Part shown: positions 10,067-22,009 of the stretch, piece after piece
Layout of the letters: every line of letters begins with the position of its first letter
How positions within the stretch are numbered: position 1 is the first letter of the stretch
Assembly (NCBI RefSeq): GCF_001194135.2
Contig: NC_068999.1
Location: forward strand, 52,610,976 to 52,673,177
Source: Octopus bimaculoides
Taxonomy: Eukaryota
Length of the DNA: 62,202 nucleotides
Reading direction: 5' to 3'
Notes under the pieces: model-generated
Database searches by the model: none
Seen by the model: the letters and a program-made list of their open reading frames with translations, nothing else
What the model was told of the DNA's origin: nothing
Position numbers and translations under genes: made by a program

Positions 10067-11164
10067 CAGGGGTTGGACAAAATAATGGAAACACCTTAAA
10101 ATTTCAAACAAATTTATTTTAATATCGGGTAGGACCACCTTTGACAGTAATTACAGCTTGAATTCTATGAGGTATGGATTTGTACAAAGTTTGAATTGTT
10201 TCCAAAGGAATTTTTGTCCATTCTTCAGCTAAAACAGTCTCCAGTTCTTGTAGTGATGATGGTGGAGGATATCAACTCCTTAATTGTTTTTCTAAAATGC
10301 ACCATAAATGTTCAATAATATTGAGATTAGGGGACTGTGGTGGCCAGATAAGATGTTCAACTTCACNNNNNNNNNNNNNNNNNNNNNNNNNNNNNNNNNN
10401 NNNNNNNNNNNNNNNNNNNNNNNNNNNNNNNNNNNNNNNNNNNGACAGTCTGGATCAAATGCTTCTTTTGGCAGTCTCCACACGTACACTTGGCTGGTGG
10501 TCGGAAATAGGGTAAAGGATGGCTTATCTGAGAAAATAACATTCTTCCACTGCTCCAGGGACTAATTCTATAGGTTTTTACTCCACTCTAAATGCTTTGC
10601 AATGTTTGTTTTTGAAAGTAGTGGTTTTCTGATTGCAGCTCTCCTTTGAAATCCAGCTTTGTGTAGCTCCCAGCGAACAGTTTTTGTGGAAACTGGGTTC
10701 TTGAGGAGGTCATTAAGCTCTGCAGTAATTTTGGGAGTTGTACTTTTGTGATCCTTTCTAACAATTCACGTAAGAGTCTGACAGTCCTTATCTGAAAGTT
10801 TTGGTTTTCTTCTGGAGTTTTGTTTCGACAAGGAGGTTTTTCCCCCTTTCCAAAGGCTGTCATTACTTTCAAGACAGTACTTCTTGATACACCAAACATT
10901 TCAGCTGTTTTCATTCTGCTAGCACCTGCCATACGAGCACCAACAATTTGACCTGTTTGAAAGTCCAATAGATCTGTCATTCTAATGAATTTTAATTTCC
11001 TTTTTCTAATGATATCTGAAGAGAAACAGCAATTTTAGCAAAACATATTAAGCAACACTAATGATAAATAAAAAAAAAACATAAAAATAACCAAGCTTTT
11101 GATGGTTTTATAGATATTTCAAAATTATGATGCTAGGTGTTTCCATTATTTTGTCTAACCCCTG
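10067..11164 (-). mobile_element. Tc1-type transposon, degenerate, inserted at a TA inside a SINE
   Basis: TIRs CAGGGGTTGGACAAAATAATGGAAACACC / GGTGTTTCCATTATTTTGTCTAACCCCTG, flanked by TA at 10065-10066 and 11165-11166. Minus strand encodes an HTH (FQTGQIVGARMAG..FGVSRSTV) and WPPQSPNLNIIEHLW..KGGPTRY. Confidence 0.93.
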
Positions 11165-11533
11165 TAAGTATCTTTTGTATACTGGGGTCAATTTAATTGA
11201 CTTAGCCCCTTCTACAAACCAGCTGGCTTTGTACTGAAATTTGAAACCATTATTATAATCTTGTATTACTTTCTCTACCTTTTATAATTAAATACGTTTT
11301 TTTCGTAAATAATGTATCAGAGTTAAAATATTTCATCTGCTGTGAAATTTCAATGTACATGAAAATAATGTATATTTTTGTTTTTGTTATCATGTTAGAT
11401 TTTTTTTTCTGTCATTATAATTGAAATGTTTTAAAGCATATTATAATATGGATTGAGTACCATTCCCTATTATTAACTCCTTGCTATGAAAATCCTCTTT
11501 ACTCATATGTACAAATCTGATTCTGTTAAATAG

Positions 11534-11677
11534 AACGCTGTCAACAATGTAAACATTGGAATGATCACTTGAAATACTGTACTGGATGTCATAAAGTAAA
11601 ATATTGTAATAAATATTGTCAAGAAATTGATTGGCTTTATCATAAGGAGAATTGTTATTCTACAGACAATAGAAAAG
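11534..11677 (+). CDS. Multi-MYND gene exon (144 nt, phase 1-1), most divergent single finger
   Basis: TTCTGTTAAATAG acceptor. Encodes ERCQQCKHWNDHLKYCTGCHKVKYCNKYCQEIDWLYHKENCYSTDNRK. Donor G|GTATGT at 11678. Confidence 0.9.
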
Positions 11678-12671
11678 GTATGTCTTCTCCAACTGGATCA
11701 ATAAAGTGTATGTGGAAAAAGTTTATATATTGAATTTTTTATAGAAGCCATCACAATTAAATAGGAAAGCCATCTCCAATACATATAGAAGCCATCATGA
11801 ACCAAGAAACTGTCCCAAACACATGAAAAGCAATTTTAACTAGACAGAGATGTAATCATCAATAGACAGAAAAGCAGTCGTCAATTGACAGAGAAGCAAT
11901 TACAAATAGAGATACAATAGCACACACACACACACACACATACATGCATGCGCCCACACACACACACAAACATGTATGCGCATGCACACACACACATGCA
12001 CATACACAAAGAAACCATTGCAAATATACGTATAAGCTGGCATAGTTGTGGTTAACATATTATAGCTCATAACATCACCATATAATCTGTAAACAAATAA
12101 AATGCTTATGATAAAACATTCTTCACATGTCTTGGATTGCACGTCTGCTGTAACAAATGCCAACATCCTAACATCCGTTCAGAAACAGTCTTTTCTGCTG
12201 ATTGGCAAAAACTCACACCACAAGCTATGACATCTTATAATATCTAGCTCACAGCTTTTATCGTCTCTCATTCTCTTTTCCTTTCACATGTCCTGTTGCT
12301 ACAGTAGCTGGTGTTTTTCTGAACACACCAGAAACATGCATACCTTGTTCCATCCACACTCACCAAACACATCAGCTACATCACTTGTCATCCCTACTAT
12401 GGTATCTCATCTCATCTCTCCCAGATTCAATATTAAACACTTTGTTCAGCAATCTTGTCCCCCACTCCCAGAATAGCATCCCTCTAGAATTTTTTTTTTT
12501 CCCATCCGATACCTACACTCCTCTCTGCATCTGTAGACAACAGCTAATAAATGTTGTAACTGAACAACAACATTGCTTTCACCAGAAGAATGACTTAAAG
12601 TGGTGGTGATGGCAGGGCATTACTCAGTGACTTTTGCATGAAAACAAATAGTTATGTGGGTGCTAACTTAA

Positions 12672-13201
12672 CCATTTAACATTCAAGCTGGCCATATCCA
12701 GCCAAAACATTCTATCTGTTTTATGTTCAAACCAAAACTATCCTACAATGTCACAACTCTCTTACAATGTCTTTCTAAAACTAAACAATTACTTCATTAA
12801 AAATCTAAAAGCTATGAGATCGTTACCAACGTCACCTTCCTGGCACTTGGGCACGTAAAAAGACATTCGAGCGAGTTTGTTGCCAGTGCCGCTGGACTGG
12901 CTCCTGTGCAGGTGGCACATAAAATACACCAGTTTGAGTGTGGCCGTTGCCAGTACCGCCTGACTGGCCTTCGTGCCGGTGGCACGTAAAAGCACCCACT
13001 ACACTCTCGGAGTGGTAGGCGTTAGGAAAGGCATCCAGCTGTAGAAACTCTGCCAAATCAGATTGGAGCCTGGTGCAGCCATCTGGTTCACCAGTCCTCA
13101 ATCAAATCGTCTTACCCATGCTAGCATGGAAAGCGGATGTTAAACGATGATGATGATGATGATGATGATACATTTGACAGAGTAATCAGAATGCTAAAGG
13201 G
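12672..13201. mobile_element. TTAA-flanked (piggyBac-type) MITE interrupted by an RTE 3'-tail insertion (~12821-13169)
   Basis: TTAA at 12668-12671 and AAAGGG-TTAA at 13196-13205. The right part is the reverse complement of the MITE end at 37557. The insert ends in (GAT)n. Confidence 0.7.
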
Positions 13202-13447
13202 TTAATGTGGTTAGCCAAAAATATTTAAAAAAGTGTTAATTACTGTGAGAATCCCAGGTGTTATATGCATGACCATTATTGTGGCATATATTGTCTTAAA
13301 ACCTTGTAATAATGTGTATGTCTTGTAGTAGGATTGAGAAGTTTATTTTGCAACCACATGGTTTCAGGTTCAATCTTAGTGTGACATTTTGGGCAAGACT
13401 TTAAATGAACAACATCATTTGTATGGTGGTGATGCTCAATTAGGCAT

Positions 13448-13625
13448 GGGAGTGGCTGTGTCGTAAGTAGCTTGCTTACCAACCACATGGTTCCGGGTTC
13501 ATTCCCACTGCATGGCACCTTGCGCAAGTAACTTCTACTATAGCCTCAGGCTGACCAAAGCCTTGTGAGTAGATTTGGTAGACGGAAACTGAAAGAAGCT
13601 CGTCATATATACATGTATGTGTGTA

Positions 13626-13668
<43 letters not shown>

Positions 13669-14056
13669 ATATATGTTTGTGTGTCTGTGTTTGTCCCCCC
13701 CAACATCGCTTGACAACCGATGGTGGTGTGTTTACGTCCCCGTAACTTAGCAGTCCGGCAAAAGCAACCGATAGAATAAGTACTAGGCTTNNNNNNNNNN
13801 TATATATATATATATATATATGTGTGTATATATGTTTGTGTGTCTGTGTTTGTCCCCCCCAACATCGCTTGACAACCGATGGTGGTGTGTTTACGTCCCC
13901 GTAACTTAGCAGTCCGGCAAAAGCAACCGATAGAATAAGTACTAGGCTTCCAAAGAATAAGTCCTGGGGTCAATTTGCTCGACTGAAGGTGGTGCTCCAG
14001 CATGGCCACAGTCAAATGACTGAAACAAGTAAAAGAGTAAAGAGAGAGTAAAAGAG
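13448..14056 (+). mobile_element. tRNA-derived SINE with internal (TA)n (GTGGCTGTGTGGTAAG-head family)
   Basis: Head GTGGCTGTGTCGTAAG..GGTTCCGGGTTCATTCCC and tail (AAAGAGT)n. Other copies at ~8190-8590(-), 18530-18900(-), 32470-32810(-), 49741-50060(+), 56260-56642(-) and 58238-58630(+). Confidence 0.8.
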
Positions 14057-14437
14057 TATGTGATATTTAGATAAGTGTACACACACACATATGTGTATAT
14101 GTGTAAGCTTGTCTAGACATCACACAATGTTTGTAAATGTGCATCACCATCATATTTCACTACACAGCCATGTTTGTCCTTATGTATTTTATATAAAATG
14201 AAATATTAAAAACAATGAACTTTTTTCAGTTTCCGCCTACCAAATCCATTCACAAGTTTTTGGTTGGCCTGGAGTTATATTAGGAAACACTTGACCAAGG
14301 GGCCACATAGCAGGGCTGAACCAGAGACCATATGGTTGGGAAGTAAACTTCTCAACCACAGTCATGCTTACACCTTTGAATGAATGTTTATAATTGAAAG
14401 GCTTAAGTGTTTTACTTTTAATTTGTTCTGTTTTTAG

Positions 14438-14634
14438 GTTCTACTTTTCCTATACCAAAAAGTGTTGAACGAGAGATTGCCAGAATGTTTCCTTTTCAAA
14501 CAGTTCTCACCAAATTTGATGAAGTAACTGCTGTAGATAAATTGCCTCTAACACACTCACGTAAAGAAGAAAAACTTATTGCTTACATCTTCAAGAAGGG
14601 CTACCACCCGTTTAGGCTACATCATGAAATCCGA
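14438..14634 (+). CDS. Multi-MYND gene penultimate exon (C-terminal domain, part 1)
   Basis: TTTGTTCTGTTTTTAG acceptor, phase 1. Encodes GSTFPIPKSVEREIARMFPF..GYHPFRLHHEIR. Donor CGA|GTGAGT at 14635, phase 0. Confidence 0.85.
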
Positions 14635-14770
14635 GTGAGTATACCTTTTACACCACACGCACACACACATAGCTATTTTAAGGCATCCATATACTCGGCA
14701 GAGTTGCCCATAGGTCTCACAGGTCTAGGGTCCCAATTCTAATCTTCATATGCTATGGTTTACTTTCAAT

Positions 14771-15132
14771 GTTGTTGGCACTCCGTCGCTTACGACGTCG
14801 AGGGTTCCAGTTGATCCGATCAGCCTGCTCGTGAAATTAACGTGCAAGTGGCTGAGCACTCCACAGACACGTGTACCCTTAACGTAGTTCTCGGGGATAT
14901 TCAGCGTGACATAGTGTGACAAGGCTGACCCTTTGAATTACAGGCACAACAGAAACAGGAAGTAAGAGTGAGAGAAAGTTGTGGTGAAAGAGTACAGCAG
15001 GGTTCGCCACCATCTCCTGCCAGAGCTTCGTGGAGCTTTAGGTGTTTTCGTTCAATAAACACTCACAACGCCCAGTCTTGGAATCGAAACCGCGAGTCCG
15101 CTGCCCTAACCACTGGGCCATTGCGCCTCCAC
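14771..15132 (-). mobile_element. Young tRNA-derived SINE (GTGGAGGCGCAATGGCCCAGTGG head) with 11-bp TSD
   Basis: TTACTTTCAAT at 14760-14770 and 15133-15143. Near-identical copies at ~18912-19292(-) and 24767-25159(+). Confidence 0.88.
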
Positions 15133-15419
15133 TTACTTTCAATAAATAAATACTAAAGTGCTCAGAACATTTATTTGCCTGAGCATCTGTGATGCTGCTA
15201 TGACAGCCCTGTATGCATGCAAGTGTGCACATGTGCATGCACACACACATTTCAATTGCTTTGAATACTGAGACTTCCAAAGTGAGCGTAGGTTATGTTG
15301 GTTTCCACTTGTCACCCACCGAGCAGAAACCTTTTTTCATGCCAAGTTTGTTGTACAGAATATTCTCAACTCTCTTGTGGAATATGCTAATAGCATTGGC
15401 TATTTGATATATAGTCAAT

Positions 15420-15800
15420 TACCTGTCAACGATCATGACAGGCACAGGATTTTGAGACCTTGGATCATCTTCATGACTCCCCCCCCCTAAATATAGCTGC
15501 CCACTTTTGCACTGTTGATAAAGCTGGAGTGTCATCCTTTAATGTAGCAACTATGTCAGCATGAATGTCCTTGGAGGCTAAACCATTTTCCTGCAGGTAC
15601 TTGATAACACCACAATGCTGAATTTTATCCATTTTCAAGAGAAGTCGCTGCTAGTTACTTCTGAAGTGTTCCTTGAACAGTCAGGTGTCAGTTGAGCTGG
15701 AAAGAAACAATTTAGTTATTAATAAGGAGTGCTGAAATTAATGCATGCAAGATTTCACAGCTCTAGTATCACTCCTTCATAGTCAGTATATGAGTTTTGC
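15420..15800 (-). mobile_element. Mariner 5' relic (N-terminal HTH)
   Basis: Minus strand reads VIKYLQENGLASKDIHADIVATLKDDTPALSTVQKWA..EDDPRS. Confidence 0.7.
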
Positions 15801-15891
15801 AGCTCAACCTCATATCTAGACATTTTTATTTAGTATTTGTATAAACATTTTTTATATTTATATAAAACCTTTTTTTTTTTTCTTTCTGCAG

Positions 15892-16092
15892 GATGTCACT
15901 GGAGAAATTAGACATGTGATGTTTTATCTCACTGAATTCATTTCAGAACCATATTTTAGATGGGACCAATTAAAAGTTGGTAACTATATTGTTATAATTA
16001 AACCACAAATCCATTATTTCGTTGATGGGCATGTTGGTTTTAGAATAGACTCTTTGAACGTGATTAGGATTATTGATAACAATTCACATTGA
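15892..16092 (+). CDS. Multi-MYND gene last coding exon (C-terminal domain, part 2)
   Basis: Long T tract plus CTGCAG acceptor, phase 0. Encodes DVTGEIRHVMFYLTEFISEPYFRWDQLKVGNYIVIIKPQIHYFVDGHVGFRIDSLNVIRIIDNNSH, then TGA at 16090-16092. Confidence 0.88.
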   Translation, partial: DVTGEIRHVMFYLTEFISEPYFRWDQLKVGNYIVIIKPQIHYFVDGHVGFRIDSLNVIRIIDNNSH

Positions 16093-16131
16093 TTTTTTAC
16101 AAAGCTAAGAAATGAACTGAAGTTATAAGTA

Positions 16132-16166
16132 AATAAATAAAACACAGCACTAAATATCTAAATAAA
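16132..16166 (+). terminator. Candidate polyadenylation signals of the multi-MYND gene
   Basis: AATAAA at 16132, 16136 and 16161, 40-70 nt after the stop codon. Confidence 0.6.
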
Positions 16167-16227
16167 CAAACTATCTAGGTTAATATTTACATTGGACAGA
16201 TAGGTGTCCTCATCTTGTTTGTTGTTA

Positions 16228-16270
16228 CCACAACGTTTCAGCTGATGCGCTCTTCAGCTTCATCAGGTGT
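16228..16270 (-). ncRNA. Minimal type I hammerhead ribozyme motif (PLE left arm)
   Basis: Minus strand: ACAC CTGATGA AGCTG-loop-CAGCT GAA ACGT T GTGG. Confidence 0.6.
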
Positions 16271-17900
16271 TCTGGTAGAATTTCGAATCCAACCCTTTAT
16301 TTGACTACTGGGGTACACTGTTCTCATTCCTAAGGTATTTTTTGCTGATATTATTATTTATTCAAGTCACTGACTGAAATTGAACCTGCACTCTTAAACA
16401 CTATGTTATATGCCTGCGGGCAATTATAGAATGAATTTTAGGACTTATTTTTCCTTAATACCAGTTCCTATTTTCTACTCATCTGCACTAGGTCTGCTTA
16501 GGAGGTTATTGTGTCCTAGCATATGTGCTGCCTCTTTCAGTTTTCATATTTTCCAGTGGTGTTCTCTGTTTATTATTTTAACTTCATCCCACAGGAGGAG
16601 GTGGCCTCTGTTTTTCCATACAGCTATACTCGATTTTTCAATATTCCCTTGTGTTACAGCTTTATGATGTTCCTCTACCCTTATTTTGAGGGGGCGACAT
16701 GTTTGACCTTTGTATAACCTACCATGACTGCATGGGATGGAGTACACACAGTCTTTGGTTATATTCTCTTCTATTGGTGGTTTTATTTGGATGAGATATT
16801 TGTGAAGTGTTTTACTCTTTAATACTATCCTGATGTCATATGGACCGCATATCTTTTGTATCTTTTTCAAGAGGCCTTTTCCATAGGGGAGACAGATTGT
16901 GGTCAATTTATGGGGTTCATCCTCTCTCCTCTTCCTAATTGGAGTGGATAGTATGCTTTTTGGGTAGTTGTTGCTTAATAGTTACTTAGCGTGATCATTT
17001 CTTCGTGGTGTGTATCAGGATCACTACTTATAGGCACTGTGCAATCCCTCTCTTTACACTGTATGGCTGATGAGATTTGAAGTTGAAATATCATCCAGTG
17101 AAGGTTGGCTTGCAGCATACGGATGTCCTGAACTCATACTCAGGAAGAACCCATACAACAGACAGAGGTTTTAGCTATGGGTTCACCATTATCACTAATA
17201 ATAGCCAATATATACATGGAATACTTTGAGAATTTGGCTTTAGGATCAACACCACAAAGCCAACCCTATGGCTTCGATATGTTGATGACATCTTTCTACT
17301 CTGGCCCCACCACAAAGTTGTCCAAATACTGCTGTATTATGCAAACTCAAAGTAAAACCACCAATAGAAGAGAATATGACCAAAGACTGCATGTATTCCA
17401 TCCAATGAATTTGTGGTAGGTTATACAAACATGAAACATCCCACCCCATCAAAGTAAGGGTAGTGGAATATTGTAAAGCTGCAACATGAGGGGATATTGA
17501 AAAATTGGGTATAGCTGATCATGTATGGAAAAACGGAGACCACCTCCCCTTGTGGGATGAAGTTAAAATAGAGAACACCACTGGGAAATACAAAAACTAA
17601 AAGAAGCAGCACATATGCTAAGACACAATAACCTCCTAAGCAGACCTATGAGTAGAATATGGGAACCAGTATCAAGGAAATACTAATATAATAGGTTTAT
17701 AAGCCCTAAAATTCACTCTATAATTGCCCACGGGCATATAGCATAGTGGTTAAGAGTGCAGGAAACTAACCCCAAGATACCAGGTTCAATCTCAGTCAGT
17801 AACTTTAATAAATAATGACAACAACATCAAAAATACCTTAGGAATGAGTACAGAGTATTCCAGTAGTCAAATGAAAGGTTGGGTTCAAAATTCCACCAGG

Positions 17901-17944
17901 ACACCTGATGAAGGCTGGAGAGTACATCTGCCGAAACATTGTGG
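17901..17944 (+). ncRNA. Degenerate minimal hammerhead motif (PLE right arm)
   Basis: ACAC CTGATGA AGGCTG..CTGCC GAAACATT GTGG. The ACGT palindrome is altered to ACAT and stem II has mismatches. Confidence 0.45.
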
Positions 17945-18911
17945 TAACAATAAACAAGGTGAGGACACCTATCCATCCAATGTAAATATTGTACATAATT
18001 CCTCATCTCTAAAATATAGAACAGTATTATCTAGGTTAAATATATCTCCTGGGATTATGCAACAAAATGAAGGAGTAAAAGAGTCATGTAAACTTCCTTT
18101 TCTGCTCTGAAATAAGACAGAAGCACAAAAATGGGGAAATAAAAAAGAGAGAGAGAAAGAGAATAAATAAAAACATGTATGTGAAAGGAACTGAATGATC
18201 TAAAATAAAAAGAACATTATTTTTGTGTGTGTGCTATTCATATAAAAGAATTTATTGAAGGAGAAAAATGTTCTGGAAGAACAAGATGGAGGGGAAAATG
18301 TTTAATTTTTTAAAATGTGTTTTGGATTTTTCCAATTTTTAATATTCATTAATAATCATTAACGATTTTAATAGCATCAGAAAAAAAAATCGTTTATGTA
18401 ATTTATTCCAGCAGTTTACAGTCTGAGTCAGTGTTAAAATCCTGCTGGTTTTGCCCGTTAATTAGAAACAATTGCTTACAGAATAATGGGAAAGGGAACA
18501 AAAAAAGAAGAAAGGATTTTCTTTATATTCTTTTATCTGTTACTTGCTTTAGTCATTTGCTTGCTGCCATGCTGGAGCACAACCTTGAAGGGTTTTTAGC
18601 CAAACAAATTGACCTCTGTACTTATTTTGAAGTCTGGTTCTTATTCTATTAATCTATTAAGTTATAGAGATGTAATCAAACCAACACTAGTCATCAAGTG
18701 GTGGTGGAGGGGAACACACACACATGCACACATATGGATACACACATATTTATATGACAGTCTTCCACACAGTTTCTATGTACCAAATTCACTCACAAGG
18801 TATTCTGTCAGCCCAGGGCTATGGTAGAAAACATTAGGTGTCATGCTGTGGAACTGAACCTGAAACCACATGGTTGAAAAATGAGCTTCTTAACCACTCA
18901 GCCATGTGTGT

Positions 18912-19292
18912 GTTGGCACTCGGTCGCTTACGACGCCTAGGGTTCCAGTTGATTCGATCAACGGAACAGCCTGTCCGTGAAATTAACGTGCAAGTGGCTG
19001 AGCACTCCACAGACACGTGTACCCTTAACGTAGTTCTCGGGGATATTCAGCGTGACACAGTGTGACAAGGCTGACCCTTTGAATTACAGGCACAACAGAA
19101 ACAGGAAGTAAGAGTGAGAGAAAGTTGTGGTGAAAGAGTACAGCAGGGTTTGCCACCATCTCCTGCCGGAGCCTCGTGGAGCTTTAGGTGTTTTCGCTCA
19201 ATAAACCCTCACAATGCCCTGTTTGGGAATCGAAACCGCGATCCTATGACCGCGAGTCCGCTGCCCTAACCACTGGGCCATTACGCCTCCAC
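18912..19292 (-). mobile_element. Young tRNA-derived SINE (same family as 14771-15132), inserted into an older SINE
   Basis: Near-identical body. ACTCAGCCA is repeated on both flanks. Confidence 0.85.
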
Positions 19293-19984
19293 ACTCAGCC
19301 ACACCTGTACAATATTAACTGCTTTTAATTTTAAAAATTTGAATTTGAATTTAATCTTGGAGTCCTACAAAGAAATACAAACCAGGAAGAGATTCTGAAG
19401 TTATTACATGCGCCATTATTAGCAGTGTCGGTGTCTTTCATATAATAGCTTTAACTCTACCTTTCTTAACGATTTCTTGTGACCATGCCAACAACTGCTA
19501 GAAATAGCAGCCAGATCTTAGAAATATGAAAGACACTTTGAATAATGTGGTCACAGATATTTTGCACTATGTCTGGAAGACAAACAGACTGGACATGGCC
19601 TTAAGATTTGTAGTGGTACCTTAAAAGTAAACGAAAAATGAAATATGTGGTTAAGAAGATTGCTTAACAACTGCATGATTTTAGTTTCAATCCCTTTGTG
19701 TGGCACTGTTGGCAAGTCTGCTGTTACCGCAGGCCAACCAATGGGAGCTAGAAAGTGCAATACATTCATACACACAAACATGCACATTTATATGTATACA
19801 TACACACATATATGTATATATGAAAGAATAACAACACCTATTATCATTAATTCATTAATGTTTGTTCTCCATGCAGACATAGGTCAGACAGTTTGATTGG
19901 TGCCAGCGAGCCAGAGGATTGTACCAAACTCTAACGCTGTGGTTCTCAACTGGAGTACATACGGTCCCTGAGGGTCCATATAAG

Positions 19985-20843
19985 ACTCCTGGTGTTCACA
20001 CAGCAAAATAGTAAATTGGAGATGCACAATAATATTTTAAGGGCTCTGGAAAGATTTTGTTTTAGAAGCTCGCAAGGAATGAAGCCAGTATGCTCCGTTG
20101 GATGTGTAATGTCAATGTGAATACCCGTCAGAGTGTAAGTATCTTGAGAGAAAAGCTGAACATTAGAAGCATCAGTTGTGGTGTGCAAGAGAGACGATTG
20201 CGCTGGTATGGACATGTGGTGAGAATGGAGGACGATAGCTGCGTGAAAAAGTGCCACACCCTAACAGTTGAGGGAACCCGTGGAAGAGGTAGGCCCAGGA
20301 AGACCTGGGCTGAGGTGGTGAGGCAAGACCTTCGTACATTGGGCCTCACCGAGGCGATGACTACTGNNNNNNNNNNNNNNNNNNNNNNNNNNNNNNNNNN
20401 NNNNNNNNNNNNNNNNNNNNNNNNNNNNNNNNNNNNNNNNNNNNNNNNNNNNNNNNNNNNNNNNNNNNNNNNNNNNNNNNNNNNNNNNNNNNNNNNNNNN
20501 NNNNNNNNNNNNNNNNNNNNNNNNNNNNNNNNNNNNNNNNNNNNNNNNNNNNNNNNNNNNNNNNNNNNNNNNNNNNNNNNNNNNNNNNNNNNNNNNNNNN
20601 NNNNNNNNNNGTGCGGGTGGCACATAAAAGACACCATTTCGAGCGTGGCCATTTTCGTGCGGGTGACACGTAAAAGCACCCACTACACTCTCTGAGTGGT
20701 TGGCGTTAAGAAGGGCATCCAGCTGTAGAAACTCTGCCAAATTAGATTGGAGCCTGGTGTTGCCATCCGGTTTCACCAGTCCTCAGTCAAATCGTCCAAC
20801 CCATGCTAGCATGGAAAGCGGACGTTAAACGATGATGATGATG
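19985..20843 (+). mobile_element. RTE LINE 3' end: ORF2 C-terminus, 3' UTR and (GAT)n tail
   Basis: MLRWMC..RRLRWYGHVVRME..GTRGRGRPRKTW, then a gap, then the tail shared with 12821-13169, 22276-22610, 37003-37320(-), 37968-38165 and 55531-55815(-). Confidence 0.9.
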
Positions 20844-22009
20844 TATATATTGATATGTATTGCAAAAAACAGCTAGGTTTCTTTCTCTAACATTTTACAT
20901 AGTTCAACCTACACAAGTTAATGTGTGAAAAACAAAATAGGAATTTTGCAAAGATGTTTCTATAAAACTAGTTTTTAAATATCGCATGACTTATGGGGGT
21001 CCACCAGAATAAAATAATAACCAAAGGGGACGGACCATAGATAGAAAATGGTTGACAACCCCTATTCAGATGTCAACCACTGGGTGTCTTTTTTTTGCAT
21101 GGCACTAGCACGTACGAAATCATCAAGTAAATTGTAAGACAAGGTCTCTTCAACTGACTTGGCGTGGCTTTATGCCAAATGATGAGAGTTAAGACAAGAA
21201 CAGCAATGGGTGTCTTACAGAAGAGATACATGGTTACCTGCAAATTATTGGAAGTTGACTATTAAAGACATGGTCAGAAGGAAGGAATTTGATTAACTGT
21301 TAACATAATTTACTTTAAGGTATGGATGTATTAAGTTTAGCATTAACCTCCTTATTCTTATGAACACCAAGTAGCTATTTAACTCCCTATGTGAATGTAT
21401 GCACACCAAACCATGTGCGCATATGCTTACATATTTGTGGATGCTTGTATGAGTGAGTGTACATGTGTCATACAACTTACGCGAGGGCGTTTATACATCC
21501 ATATCCATTAATGATTACTTTTAATACTTTTCTTGCTGTATTGTGTGTTTATTGCCTTTTTGCATTTGTTATTATATTATTGATCTTCCATATAAATGAC
21601 GCTCTATCTTTTAATCTGCTGCTTTTCTTTATACAAAATGAGAAGATACATTGCAGAATTGTTATTTTAAAGATTTATATCTGTATATCACCCAAAGAAA
21701 CACATCTGCACCGTTGGACGCTCCTGACCTAGTTGTTAAGTATTCCACCCAGGAGGGATCGATGCAATATGTGTTGAAACAATTGTAGTGATCAATAAAA
21801 ATTCTCGTATCTTCCATCTTCTGTCTTTCATTTACCTTATGTATATACATTGTATATGTATACATATATCTATCCATACATACACATATATATATATCAT
21901 CCAACATAGTGAGATGGATGTAGAAGGAACAAAAAGATATGTCTTTGAAGACGTTCTAGTTTGATTTAAGGAAAATTTTTTTGATAAGGTTGAATGACCA
22001 CATGTATAT

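Larger units (their letters stand above)
16184..18027. mobile_element. Penelope-like element, inverted (palindromic) insertion with 12-bp TSD
   Basis: Left arm (-) has the thumb/linker and GIY-YIG (CVYSIPCSHGRLYKGQTCRPLKIR). Right arm (+) has MGSPLS..IANIYME, YVDD (17278-17289) and the same endonuclease/3' region. TATCTAGGTTAA occurs at 16172-16183 and 18028-18039. Confidence 0.9.

Noticed and set aside
13640-13950. Exact ~150-bp direct duplication either side of a 10-N gap
   Set aside because: This is the typical unmerged contig overlap at a microsatellite, so an assembly artefact is more likely than a real duplication.
21680-21850. CTCCTGA...GAAACAATTG segment resembling another hammerhead/PLE terminus
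   Set aside because: The CTGANGA core is not intact and the stems cannot be paired convincingly.
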